A stretch of DNA of 64,000 nucleotides from the human T2T-CHM13v2.0 reference genome, Homo sapiens, in NCBI RefSeq assembly GCF_009914755.1, contig NC_060935.1; one strand, 5' to 3'. Both the position numbers and the translations under genes were made by a program. Below the pieces are notes generated by a model. That model was not told the DNA's origin, did not search any database, and worked only from the letters and a program-made list of their open reading frames with translations. Below, piece after piece: positions 1-18,209 of this stretch. How positions within the stretch are numbered: position 1 is the first letter of the stretch; every line of letters begins with the position of its first letter.

Positions 1-35
1 TTATAGACTATGTTCCTTTTAGAAAAGTAAAAACA

Positions 36-500
<465 letters not shown>

Positions 501-594
501 AAAAGAAAGGTGTCATTAACCTCAAAGGATTTAGCCAGGGATGAAGCCAGAGTGCATGATTACCTACACTGAGATGGAAAGTAGTTTTCAAGAA

Positions 595-825
595 AGACTA
601 TGTGCATCAAGGCAAACTACCTGAATTGGAATCCTAGTTCAACAATATATTAGTTGGATAACCTTGAGAAAAAAAGTCTAATCTTTTTAAGACTCCATAT
701 TCTTATTCGTAATCATTGAGATAAGAATACTTTCTTTGCATAATTGTTGGGAAGGGCAATGAAATACCATAAGTAAAGCACTTAGAACAATTTGTGATAG
801 ATGGAAGGTTCTCCACAAATGATCG
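595..825 (+). mobile_element. MIR SINE fragment
   Basis: Degenerate ...gaatcctagttc...accttgag...gtaaagcacttagaaca MIR motifs. Confidence 0.65.
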
Positions 826-838
826 TTAAAGCATTTAA

Positions 839-1235
<397 letters not shown>

Positions 1236-3009
1236 TAAAGCTTTCATTATAGACTCTGTAAAATAATTATACTTGATCATTTGTTTTTAAGCAATTTGTA
1301 AAAATACTAGGCCCTGATGATATGCTGGATAGCCTCCATGGTATTATTCTATTGTCTTTAAAATGGGAATAAAAAGTACTTGGTTGTGAGACTGGGGTTG
1401 TGGAGACTGGATGAGTAACATGGAGCAGAACTAGCACAGTGCCAGGTACATGTTCTCTGCTGAATTTATGTCAGTTCTCATTTTACAATAATTGTGATTA
1501 CTGAAGAATTGATGCCTAGCATGCATAGCTTAATCTCCATGAGATTTCTTTCTTTATTGTTGGTTTTTTTTTTTCTTTTCCCAAAGAAGTATATAAGTGC
1601 ACTAGCCATCAGTGAAACTACTGCCTTGTTAAAGATCTTCTTGCAACTGGACGTCAGTAAGGCAATATTTGGCAAAGCTTTAGCTATCTGGTCAATTTTC
1701 TCAGAGGGAAAAAGGAATGAGGCAGTCCATGGAGGACATTATTATGCAAGATTGTTAAACCTGCTCATCTTCTGACTTCTAGGAAGGAGCATGACAAGTC
1801 ACAGCTGAAGAAAAAGATGCGTAGGGAGCAGGTGCTTATTTTTGTAAATAATTCATGGACCATCCCACTGCACAGCAGCTAATTTGAGGTAGTTGGGAGA
1901 AGATTACTTTGGATTGTTTAAAAAATACAAAAACACTCTCTTTCAGTTGACTGAGTCTGACAAAATCTAGGTCATCCTGATATTCAGTTGAAAAAAGACA
2001 TCCACCGTTAGTATACTTGCTACTTGCTGGGTTGATAATCCCCAGATGCAGTTTTAGAAAAATCAATAATCACATATAATAGTCTTTGGTAGCCCAACCT
2101 GCTCTTCAAAACCAGCTAATGAGCTGAGTGCCTGTGATGTGGATAAAGTTAGAAACAACTCATTACTGGGAGAGATCATGTTGAGAAGTCTTGGCCACTG
2201 GCTTTTTATGACAGCAGCTCCAGGGAATCTCTGAGCTTGCTGAAATGCTACATAATATATGAATCCATCAGTCCCCATCAAGGACTAATTAAACCAAGGA
2301 AGAACAAAATACCTGTGAACAAAAAGATGTCTTTTCATAAAACCAGGACCTCAGTTCTTCTACCTGAAGTGGCAACTCTGACTTTCCAAATACCATATTT
2401 GAGTAGGACTTGTGATGCAGCATAGCACAATTAAAGGAGATGTTATCTGTTGGCTGGTTGAAATGTAATAGTAAATGCAATAAAACTCCAATAGCATCCT
2501 TCTGTTTCAGTTCCCATATCCACATATCCATTTTAAAGAGGAATAAACCAGAGAGATACAGGAGTTACTGGCCCAAATTCACACAGTTTGTGAATAACAG
2601 AGTGAAGACATGAATGAATAGGATCCCCATAATCAAAGCCCTGATGTTCTTTCCACTAGAGCAAATTTGCTAAATCCTTAGCGATCACTTCAGTCATATA
2701 GCTTATTTTACACATGTTCAGACACTGGCTCAAAGGATTTAAATGACTTCCCTAAGTTCCACAGGTTGTTAGAAAAGGGTTTCTTATAGACCTCAGACAA
2801 TTGGTATTTTACAGGGTGGCCTCCACCAGTCTTCTTTGGAGACAGTTCTCCTTTCATTATTTGTACCAAACCACCTCCAACATACCAAGATTCCTTCTAA
2901 GACCATGAGTCATGTCAGATTCAGACATTTCACTATTCATGGGAACTAACAAAACTAATTCTAAGCTGGTGAGAGTACAACATAAATATTATGAACATTT
3001 CTAGCTACT

Positions 3010-3295
3010 ACTTGATAAAATAAATTGGAGTGTGCCCAGGAGACTGCCAAGAATGGTGAGGGTGACTCAGAGAGTGACAACATGAGGACCAAGTTGAATG
3101 AATTAGGAAAAACCTCATTCTGGAGCAGACTTTTCAGAAACTGAGAAAGGAATTAATAGTGGTCTTTTCAAAGAAGGATTAAATATCATCCTTCATGTCT
3201 CTAATTTTTAGGAATCCATGAAGCAAGAACGTTTCAGAAAGATAAATTTGAACTCATTATAAGGAAAAATGTTCTAATGTCAGGATCATCTATAC
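3010..3295 (+). mobile_element. L3/CR1 LINE fragment
   Basis: aaattggagtgtgcccaggagactgccaagaatggtgaggg...aatttgaactcattataaggaaaaatgttctaa resembles the CR1/L3 3' region. Confidence 0.55.
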
Positions 3296-6200
3296 ATACC
3301 TCAAGAGTAAGCAGAGAGGTACAGGAAATAAACCACTGAACCCAGAGAGAGGGATCAGCCACTAATGATTATGCAGCCATAAGCTGGTCATTTATCCTCT
3401 CTTGGCCTTGGTTTTCTTCTTTTGCAAAAGTGTGGTGTTGGAAAAGCTCTTTAGGGTCACTTCCTGGTCTAAAATTTTAATCATAAATATAATAATTAAG
3501 GTGTTTGCACAAAGGGCAGATTATGACATGTCAGAAGTATTATAGGGGATTTAACCATCAAATGCACCATGGAATTAAAATTAATTTAAGTTTTTTTATA
3601 ACTCTGGAATTAAGTTGATATAACCCAAACCGAAACTAGATCCGTAACCCCTACTTTAATGAGATATTAACTAAAGCATAACTGACCATTTCATATTTAT
3701 CATCTAAATCTTAACAGTTAAAATGTTTAATGAGAGAGGGGAAGGAAGAGGAAGAGAGCAGAAAGAACGGGAAATTTTGCTTTCTTTGAGCAGAATATTA
3801 GATGCAATTATATTCATGTGTTAATACGCTCTATTATTCTTGAGGCAGAGTCAATTAAGATAATGTGTGACACACAACATGTGACTTGGTAAGTAAAGAC
3901 ATAAAGAACAATTACAATTATATCAAACTGTTCTAGTGATGACATAATGAAAATCCTGCCGGGCATAGTCACCACAGTTTGTATCAATAAAATCCCAGCA
4001 TGGGACACTGGATTCTACCACCAAAAATTCTGCAATTTCTGCATCTGGAACTTTCATATAGAGACCAGTTCTGCTGCTCTTTGTCTCTTACAGTGATTCT
4101 GTGTATTCTGATCTCTTTTGCCTTGCCAATTCTGATGTAAAGTCCAGGGAAGATATGTCTGACTGTGGGAATTAGATATACTCTTGTTTCTATTTGCCAG
4201 GGAGGCTGATAAAATAAGTCTCTGGCATTTTCAGTTTCTAAAATGAAGGAAAAGTTGTACTTCACAACAGTGGGCCTTAACTAAAAAGAGGAAGAGGGAA
4301 GTTTTGTAATATGGCTGAGTAGAAGAAGCTATTATGCATTGTTTTCATGGAGAGAAGAAAGATTGGCGAATAAACACTGGTCTTCAACTGAAACATCCAG
4401 ATGGACACATTGAGGTTCATCAAGGAAACAACTGGACCCACGGAGAATGGACAGGGGTAAGACGGGATGGCTGCCCACCTGGGAGTGGCACAGAGCCAGG
4501 GGAGGCACCCTCACGCTGGGAAATGGTGAGAGTCCCTGGGGATCCATACTTCTGCCATGGACCTTTGCAACCCTGGCTCAGCAGACCCCCTGTGAACCTC
4601 CCCACCGGGGCCTCTAGACTGACACAGAGAGCTACGTGGAGTCTGGGTACAGCTGCCGCTCAGGCATACATGGAGTCCTGGGAGCCTTGGATCCTTGGGC
4701 ATCCCTGCATTAGCAACTGCAGCTCTGGCAATGGGGGAGGTCAAGCTCCTTCACAAGATCCCAGGAAAGGGTCTGAATCCAGGAGACAGAGCTGCAATAA
4801 AATGCAGGCCTCACCTGCACTGCATCTCACAGGACAAGGCCCATTGGCTTGGGGTGCTAGCGTGGCCACACTAGCCCTGTCTGGGCTCTGGGGCTGGTAG
4901 CCGGTCTGCACTTCCCTAGCAGGTAGTAGGTTTGCAGCTCCCAGAAGGAGCGGCAGGCCACAATTTTGCTATTTTGCAGCTCTAGCTCCTGTTGCCCTCA
5001 GGCTCTGGAGAGAGTGTGGTGATTAGGGAGTTGGGAGGATCTCCAGTACAAAGCTGTGGCCTCAAGGAAAAACAGCCAGACTATTTTCCACATGAGTCCC
5101 TGTTCCTGATTCTCCTCACTGGGTGGGGCCTGCCAACCTGGGACTTCACCACAGCTTCTGTGCCCCCATCTGAACACTTAGAGGCAGATCTGCATTTCTC
5201 CAAGGAGGAAAAACCAGAGGCAGCCCACAGCCCCTCCACCATTGCAGCTGCAGCAGTACCACCCTAAGCACCCTCAGACTGTGGAAGGAACAAAGAGCCT
5301 GGTCACTACACCTCCAGCACACCACAGTCATCATATGGTAAGGAGCCCAGTCTCTCTTTCCTTTGAGCTCTCCACTCCCCACTCTTTACCAGGCAGGGCC
5401 CCCTGGCTCAGGACCACAGAACAGCTGCCTGGTCCTCAGCTGAGCATACCTACTGGTAGTGGCTCTGTGTTTCTCTGGGGAGGGGCGCTCTCAGAGCAAC
5501 TGAGAGCCCCTATGTCACTGCTGTCCTTGTTCTGGGGAAAAAACAAAGAGGCTGAGGGTTTCACCCTTGCTTTCAGCACACCACAGTCACCATACAGAGA
5601 AGAGCCCAGTCTTTCCTCCCTGTGAGCCCTAATGAAGCGGAGCCCCCAGCTCAGGCCAGCAGTACAACCATCCTCCCCACTGGCTGAACATTCCTAGTAG
5701 CAGCAGCCCCACATTTCTCTGAGCTACTGTTCCCAGAGACAATCAAGAGCTCCTCTGCCACTGCCACTGCAGTGGTACTGCTCTTGCCACCCTCTGAATG
5801 AATAAGGAACACAGACCCTGAGTGCTTTAGCCTGACCTCCAGCAAGCTGCAGTTGCCCTGAGGAGAGGAGGCTAGTCTATCTCCTCCATGACCCCCTAAC
5901 CCTTCCTGCTCTCTACAAGGCAGGGCTCCCCCAGCTTGAGCCCACAGCACAGCTGCCCCACCCCAGGCAGATTGCACTGATTGATAGCAGCTCTGCATCT
6001 CTCTAGGGTGGAGTCCCAAGTGACAAGTGAAAGGCCCTCTGCCACAACCATTCCCAAGGTACCTTACTGTGCTGCTTCCAAGCTGCGGAAGGAATATAAA
6101 GCCTGAGCTCACCCCAGAGCTGTGGTGTGCAGCCTGAGAGTGCCAAGCTGATATCTGCAGCCAACACTCAAGTGGGAGAAGAGCCCACACTTTGAGACAA

Positions 6201-8148
6201 CTGAGAAAAAGCACAGATGCAATTGTGAGGACATATAGAGGAGGCACGCGCCTGAGCAAGAGCCTACATAGGGGATATTATTCTATTATTCTTAAGTGCC
6301 ATCTACTGGATTACAGCCTAAACTTCAACATCAAAAATACTTTGCTAATATAGCCCCCTGTGAAACCAAAGACAATAATTCAGCTGCAAATAAAGACCTT
6401 GAAGAAAGTCTTGGCCCTCTGAAAACATCCAGAAGTCTACTGACTTTCTTCAAATTACACTGCAGTTAAAGGAACATCAGCCAATACAGATGAGAAAGAA
6501 TCAGTACAAGAACTTTGGCAACTCAAAAGGCCAGAGTGTCTTCTTTATTCCAAATGAATACACTAGTCTCCCAGCTTGGGTTCTTAACAAAGCTGAAATG
6601 AACGAAATGACAGAAATAGAATTCAGGATATGGATAGGTAAAAAAAGTCATCAAGATTCAGAACAAAGCTGAAACCTGATTCAAGGAATCTAAGAGTTAC
6701 AATAAGACAATACTAGAGCTGATAGACAAAATGGCCATTATAAGAAAGAACCAAACTGATCTGAGAGAGTTGAAAAATAATCTACAAGAATTGCATAATG
6801 CAATTGCAATATTAACAGCAGACTAGAACAAACTGAGGAAAAACATATCAGAGCCTGGGACTGGTCCTCCAAACTAATTCAATCAGACAAAACTAAAGAA
6901 AGATGAATAAATAAGAATGAACAAAACCTCCAAGAAATATGGGATTATGTAAAGGCACCAAATTTATGACTCACTGACATCCCTGAAAGAGATGGGGAGA
7001 AAGCAAGCAACTTGGGAAACATATTTCAGGATATTGTTCATGAAAACTTCCCTAAGCTTGCTAGAGAGGCCAACATTCAAATTCTGGAAATGTAGAGAAT
7101 CCCTATGAGATACTAAACAAGAAGAGAATCCCCAACACACATAATCATCAGCTTCTCCAAGGTTGAACTGACAGAAAAAGTTGTTAAAGGCAGTTAGAGA
7201 AAAGAGGCAGGATACCTACAAAGGGAACCCCATTAGGAGAACAGCCAGAAGAAATCATGGGATACAGTCAGCGTTCTTAAGGAAAAGAACTTCCAACAAA
7301 GAATTTCATATCCAGCCAAACTAAGATTCATAAGTGAAGGAAAAATAAGATCCTTTTTAGAAAAGCAAATGCTCTGAGAACTCATTACAACCAGACCTAT
7401 CTTACACAAGGTTCTGAAAAGAGTACTAAATATGGAAAGAAAAGACCTTTACCAGCCACTACAAAAACATAATTAAGTACACAGACCATTGACTCTTGAA
7501 AGAAACAACACAAACAAGTCTGCATAATAACCAGCTAAGACCATGATGACAGGATCAAATCCACACATACTGATATGAACCTTAGGTGGTGTTATGAGGC
7601 AAGCTTATAGCACTAAACTCCCACATAAAAAGGTTACAAAGATTTAAAATTAACATCCTAACTTCAGAAGTAGAGGAACTGGAGAAACAAAAGCAAACCA
7701 ACTCTATAGCTAGCAGAAGACAAGAAATAACCAAAATCAGAACTGAACTGAAGGAAATTGAGATGCCAAAAAACATACAAACATCAATGATTCCAGGACT
7801 TGGTTCTTTGAAAAAAGTAATAAAATATATAGAGCACTAGCTAGACTAATAAAGAAAACAAGAGGGAAGATCCAAAACCAGCATCAGAAATGACAAAGGG
7901 GAAGTTACCAATGACCCCACAGAAAAAAAACAAAAACAAACAAAAAACCCTTAAAAAACACTATGAACACCTCTATACACAAGAACTAGAAAATCTAGAA
8001 GAAATGGTTAAACTCCTCGATACAAACAACCTCCCAAGACTGATCCAGGCATAAACTGAATTGCCAAAAAGAACAATAATGAATTCCAAAATTGAATCAC
8101 TATCAGAAAGCCTACAACCAAAAACAAAACAAAAAAATCCCCGGACCA

Positions 8149-8170
8149 GATATATATACATATCTATATA

Positions 8171-8201
<31 letters not shown>

Positions 8202-8270
8202 ATATATATATATACACACACACACACATATATATATACATATATATATATGTATGTATATATATATACA
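8149..8270. repeat. Compound (TA)n/(TCTA)n/(CA)n microsatellite inside L1 ORF2
   Basis: Directly visible; interrupts the L1 sequence ggaccagat...cattctgccac. Confidence 0.95.
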
Positions 8271-8850
8271 ACCGCATTCTGCCACATGTATCAAGAAGAG
8301 TTGGTACCATCCCTACTGAAATGATTCCAAAAAATCATGGCAGGGGAACACCTCCTTGAATTATTCTGTGAGGCTAGCCTCATCCTGATACCAAAACCTG
8401 GCATCAATACAACAAAAAAAGGGTAATACAACTTCAGGTCAATATCCTTGATGAGAATAGATGCAAAACTCCGCAACAAAATGCTAGCAAAATAAATCCA
8501 GCAGCACATGAAAAAGCTAATCCACCAAAATCAAGTAGGGTTTATCCTTAGGATGCAAGGTTGGTTCAATATACATAAATCAAAAAATGTGATCCACCAT
8601 GTAAACAAAATAAAAAGCAAAAACAACATGATCATTTCAAGAGATGTAGAAAAGGCTTTCAATAAACTTCAACATCCTTTTGTGTTAAAGACTCTCAACA
8701 AACTACGCATTGAAGGAAAATTCTTCAAAATAATAAGAGCCATCTATGACAAACCCACAGCCAACATCATACTGAATGGGCAAAAGCTGTAAGCATTCCC
8801 CTTGAAAACCAAAACAAGATAAGGATGCCCTCTCTCACCACTCCTATTCA

Positions 8851-9193
<343 letters not shown>

Positions 9194-9689
9194 AAAGAAA
9201 TACAAGGCATCCTAACAGGAAGAAAGTCAAACTATCCCTGTTTGCAGATGATACGAATACATACCTAGAAAACCCCATAGTCTCTGCCCAAAAGTTCCTT
9301 GATTTGATAAACAACTTCAGCAAAGTTTCAAGAACTTTGCTTGGTTTAATAAACAACTTCAGCAAAGTTTCAAGAACTTCAGGAACAGATAACCAAATAC
9401 CACATGTTCTCACTTATAGGTCAAAACTGAATAATGAAAACACATGGACACAAAGAGGGGAACAACAGACACCCTGGGCATACTTCAGGGTGGAGGGTGG
9501 GAAGAGGCAGAGAAACAAAAAACTACACATCAGATACTATGTCTATTACCTGGGCAATGAAACAACCTGTACCCCAAACCCCCATTGATCCGCAGTTTAC
9601 CTACATAACAAACCTGCATAGGTACTCCTGAACTTAAAATAAAAGTTGGAAATTGAAAGAGGAATCGGATGTTAAACAACCAAAAAATG

Positions 9690-10220
<531 letters not shown>

Positions 10221-10642
10221 AACCAGAGGAAGTATCATAAGTAGTAAATACATATTCTCCCTATTAATGAAATTCTAGAATGGTCAGATAAAAAATTTCA
10301 TTTTCATCAACTCCTAGGCCATTGGTGCTATTTCTCAGAGGTGATTACTATGCTCAGACTCTCTTGTGGGAAGAATCATTAATGGTGATGGACCTCAAAT
10401 GCCTTAAATATTAGTAATTCATGCCACTGTATTGTACACTGATCAACTATACTTTGTGAGTTCTTATTTGATTCTAGTTGTATCTTCAAATTTGTAGCTT
10501 TCAGACCTCTCAATAATAGCTCATTCTCTCTGTAATAATATAAAACAAGAAAGAGGATTGCATGTCACGTAATTATAATTGGGAACTGCACGGAACATGG
10601 AACTGGCTACCCTTTTCTAAACCAGTATCATATGCTTCAAAA

Positions 10643-10908
10643 TTTTTATTTCCTTTATTTTATGAGATAAGGTCTTACTCTGTCACCCAGGTTGGAGTGC
10701 AGTGGTGTAATCATAGCTTACTGTAATCTTTAATTCCTGGGCTCAAACAATCCTCCCATCTCAGTCTCCCAAGTAGCTAGGACTACAGGCTGCACCACCA
10801 AGTCTGGCTGTTTTTAAAATTTTTGTAGAGATGGGATCTCTGTGTTGTCCAAGATGGTCTTCAGCTCTTGGCCTCAAGTGATCCACCCAGTTCAGCCTCC
10901 CAAAGCTC
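10643..10908 (-). mobile_element. Alu SINE (AluJ-type)
   Basis: gagataaggtcttactctgtcacccagg...atcatagcttactgtaa...gggctcaaacaatcctccc are AluJ-like diagnostics. Confidence 0.92.
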
Positions 10909-10919
10909 TGTCATTTCAT

Positions 10920-11390
10920 CTTTCAACTGACAAGTAAAAATTGTATATGTTTATGGTGTTGATCAAAACATGATGTTTATGTACATTTTGTGTAATGGCT
11001 AAATCAAGCTAATAAACATATGTATTACTTCATATACTTATTTTTGTGTGTGTGCATGGAAAGGACACTTAAAATCCACTCTCTTGGCAATTGTCAAGTA
11101 TACAATATATTGTTATTAACTATAGTCACCATGGTGTACAATGGATCTCTTGACATTTTTTCTCCTAACTGAAATTTTGTATCCTTTGATCAACATTTCC
11201 CCAATTCCCCTATTCCTCAGTCTGTGGTATCCACCATTCTACTCTCTGATTCTGAATAATTTTGACTTTTGTAGATTCCACATTTAAGTGAGATTATTAT
11301 TCATTTGTCTTTCTGTACCTGGTTTATTTCACATACCATAATGTCTTTTAGGTTCAACCACATTGTTGCAAATGACAGACGCTCTTTTTC
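10920..11390 (-). mobile_element. L1MA-type (L1MA8/9-like) 3' end
   Basis: aattgtatatgtttatggtg...ttattaactatagtcaccatg...tagattccacatttaagtgaga. Confidence 0.85.
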
Positions 11391-12869
11391 CACCTCTTCT
11401 ACCACTAATACCATCTCTGCATACCTTAGCATCATGAAGTAGTTTCAGAATGTTTGTTTACGTGTTCTCTTTCTATTTCTTTCATTCTTTAAGTAAACTG
11501 TTTTCTTATTTTCTTTCCACTTCTTCAGTTAAGACATTGAAGTTTACTCTCAATAGTTGTTCCGATATTATTCCCTTTGCTTCTTACTCTAGAACCAGAG
11601 GTGAGACGTGCCCATTTCCCTGCCTGTGCCAGTAATCTCCCTGAGATGATGGAATTCTGGGTTTCTCCCATGAGAAGGTTAGGCAAACTCTTGGGAAGGT
11701 ATGCAATATCCAGTGTCTATGTTATTGTGTTCATTCATTCATTTTTTCATTTATTCGACAAATGTTTTCAGAGCAACTAGTTTTTTATCAAGCACCATTT
11801 TATTCTTCATTACTATTCCATTCTTGTACTTTTCATGATATATGTAACAGGTGCTCAATAAATGTTTGCTGAAGAAATAAGTACGTAAATAAATAAATGT
11901 AGGTCGAGGAGACATGTACAACACAAAGACTGTATATAAACAGACACTTTGGAAAAATAATCTAGGACTTTGGATTTGGTGGCACAATTACATAAAATTA
12001 TTTGGTTTCATCAAATATCACCACCAAAAACATTATTTAACAGGTAGGTTAATGCATTAATGATACAGACTCATTTTTGCATGCTTCACATTGATGCCAT
12101 CAGTAGGGATGAAATGCAGTCTTGAGGCAGCTGCCGAAATTCTAACAAAATTGTAGATGTCAGAAAGTGAAATGTCTGATGTCAAACAAAAAAAGGAAGT
12201 GTCTGTCAGAGCATTCTGATGAGGGTTGAATGTCTGCTACTGGCAATAATAATTATTTCAGCAGAGTCTCAAAGGTCAGAGTTCCAGGAGGAGAAACGTC
12301 ACTAGGGAAGTAAAACTTATTTAATGACAAAGAATTAATATTGGCAAGTTATCAGAATGCCAGGGATTTATTACAAGAGAAAGAGCCAAAGATGCAGAGT
12401 TATAAAATAAAACCAGTGAAACAGGAAATACAAAGCAGTAGAGCCTTGCTGTGCATAATAACATTTTCTTTTGTAGCTACAGCATAGAGTGACTTCTTAG
12501 TTAACTGCTACATTTAAATTTGCATCTCAAATTATGATAGAGAATTCTGCAGCAAAGCAAGAAATTGGAATTAAAAAGTTCAGATAAGTTTAATACTAAA
12601 ATACCCACATGGTGATAACTGTCAGTGTTACAGATGGAATATGAAAAGCTGATGAATGAATGGAAATAATACAAATTTGGGGTTTTTAGATTGTTTTCAA
12701 CCTATCTCTTCCCTTTGTGATGAGATTTGAAGCAAGGGTTGTCTATGTTGAAACACCCAAATAAAAACCTTTACAATTTCCATTGCTTTGTCATTGAAAA
12801 GTAAAAATTAAAATTTCAAATCTATGTTCATTTTTAACATATTTCTAAAGCAATTGAGATGAATAATTT

Positions 12870-13070
12870 AGAGCCTGAGTTTTGGAGAGATCTGTGCTTT
12901 GAGACCTTGATTCATCCCTTACCAGTAATTTGCTCTTCATGTCTGTAAGACTTAGTTTCCTCATACGTAAAAAGAGATAATTGTAGGTACTCCTACTCAG
13001 GTTTGTTGGATGGCTAAATGAGACTGTGCATTTAAGGCACTTATGTCATGCTTTGACACACTGTTATTAG
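12870..13070 (+). mobile_element. MIR SINE fragment
   Basis: cttagtttcctcatacgtaaaaagagataattgtaggtac...aatgagactgtgcatttaaggcactt. Confidence 0.7.
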
Positions 13071-13529
13071 TTATACTGACAAACAGTGGTCATGTTGTAA
13101 TAATGTTTATGCTAATCATCATTACTGTTAGTCTTTAGGTGAAATTGAATGTAAAAGCTTGGCTCTTATGCTGTCTTGCGCTTTTGAAAGTTGTTTAGTC
13201 ATCCTTTGCCTAAATTTCTTTACCAGCATAATAATAAATAGGGTTTATATGAAGTTTAAATACTTATTAATAAAAGACAGTAGGCTAATAGGTTATCCAT
13301 ATGGAGAAAATGATACTTGACCTACACAGCAAAGCATATACAGATAGTAACCACTCTGTAAGTATTTGCTACTTTCATGATGAAGAACAATAGCATTTCC
13401 TTCCAAACACTTATTCCCTATAACTATCTCTTGATATCCCTTAAAGCCTTTTACTTCTAATCTTCTTCAATCCACCATCCTCTTTTCCTTAGAGAATTAC
13501 AGTAGCCTTTAACTAGTCTTCCTATATTT

Positions 13530-16255
<2,726 letters not shown>

Positions 16256-16257
16256 AT

Positions 16258-17044
<787 letters not shown>

Positions 17045-17256
17045 TATCAGATCATAATCATTCTCCTTTCTTTCTTTTTCATTGACATACTATTTTTTTG
17101 TTTTACGTTTCAATTATAGATATGTGTATATATATAACAAAGAATGTATATATAGGTACATACATAGTTTTTTCAATGTATATATACATATATAAACATA
17201 TATATATACATGTATGTGTACATATTACATTTCATAATTTAATTTTTTGGTGTGTG

Positions 17257-17435
17257 TGTATATATATTATATATAATATATGTATATATAATATATATTA
17301 TATATAATATATATGTATGTATAATATATATTATATATAATATATGTATATATAATATATATTATATATAATATATTATATATAATATATATTATATATA
17401 ATATATGTATATATAATATATATTATATATATATA
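17257..17435. repeat. AT-rich minisatellite, ~31-bp unit tatataatatatgtatatataatatatatta
   Basis: Directly visible tandem repeats. Confidence 0.9.
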
Positions 17436-17499
17436 ACAAAGAATTGTAACCAGAACGTATTAAAAGTTACTACAGCACAACAATAAGACAAACACATCA

Positions 17500-18190
17500 A
17501 TATAAATTTTTGTATGGATTCTTTTTTTTGTATAGTATCATACTTCTTCTACCTGAAAAAGTTTTTGAACATTTTTGTTGTTCAAATCTACTGAAAATAA
17601 ATTGGTTTATATTGGTCAAAACACACTTTCTATATTTTGAAAGATGTTTTACTGAGTACATAATTCTGGATTGATGGTTTTATTTTTCTCGAACTTTTAA
17701 GATGATACTACATTATGTTTTAATTTATGTATCTTCTGAGGAAAAGTTTTTTTGTAATACTTATCTTTATTCCTCAGTATGTAATGTGACTTTTTTCTTT
17801 GGATTTTTTTTCCTCAAGATTATCTTACTTATCTTGATTTCCAGTATTTTAAATGTAATGTGTTTAGATGTATTTACTTTTAGTTCTTGCTATTTTTCTC
17901 TGCTTCTGTTTTTCTGAGCTTTTTGGATGATGGTATAATGTCTTTTACAATTTTTGGAAATGTATCTGTTATTATCTCTTTAATTCTTTTTTCTTCCATA
18001 TACCCTCTCTTCTTCTGAAATTCTAATGACAAATGTTATATTATTTGCTATTGTCTCACAATTTTGAATGAACTCTCCTTTTCTTCTCTACCCTTTTCTC
18101 TTTGTGTTTCAATTTTGGTAAGTGCTATTGACATTTCAAGTTAACCAGTTATTTTCTCAACCTCATCAAGTTTACTAATTCGCTCACTAT
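17500..18190 (-). mobile_element. Old L1M 5'/ORF1-region fragment
   Basis: tttgaagatgttttactgagtacataattctggattg...ttctgagctttttggatg...tttttggaaat. Confidence 0.6.
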
Positions 18191-18209
18191 AGTTATCAAG
18201 CACTATTTA

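Noticed and set aside
2900-3075. Isolated AP-1 motifs (2906, 3063; also 35321, 45613)
   Set aside because: Several TGACTCA/TGAGTCA are expected by chance in 64 kb, and nothing else supports them.
4334-6259. Longest ORFs (188 aa on +, 202 aa on -)
   Set aside because: They lie in the GC-rich L1 5'UTR, where stop codons are rarer, and show no recognisable protein family.
11725-11895. Two opposite-facing L2 3' ends that might form a miR-95/miR-28-like hairpin
   Set aside because: The arms match at only about 14 of 21 positions with a ~75-nt loop, too weak for a pre-miRNA.
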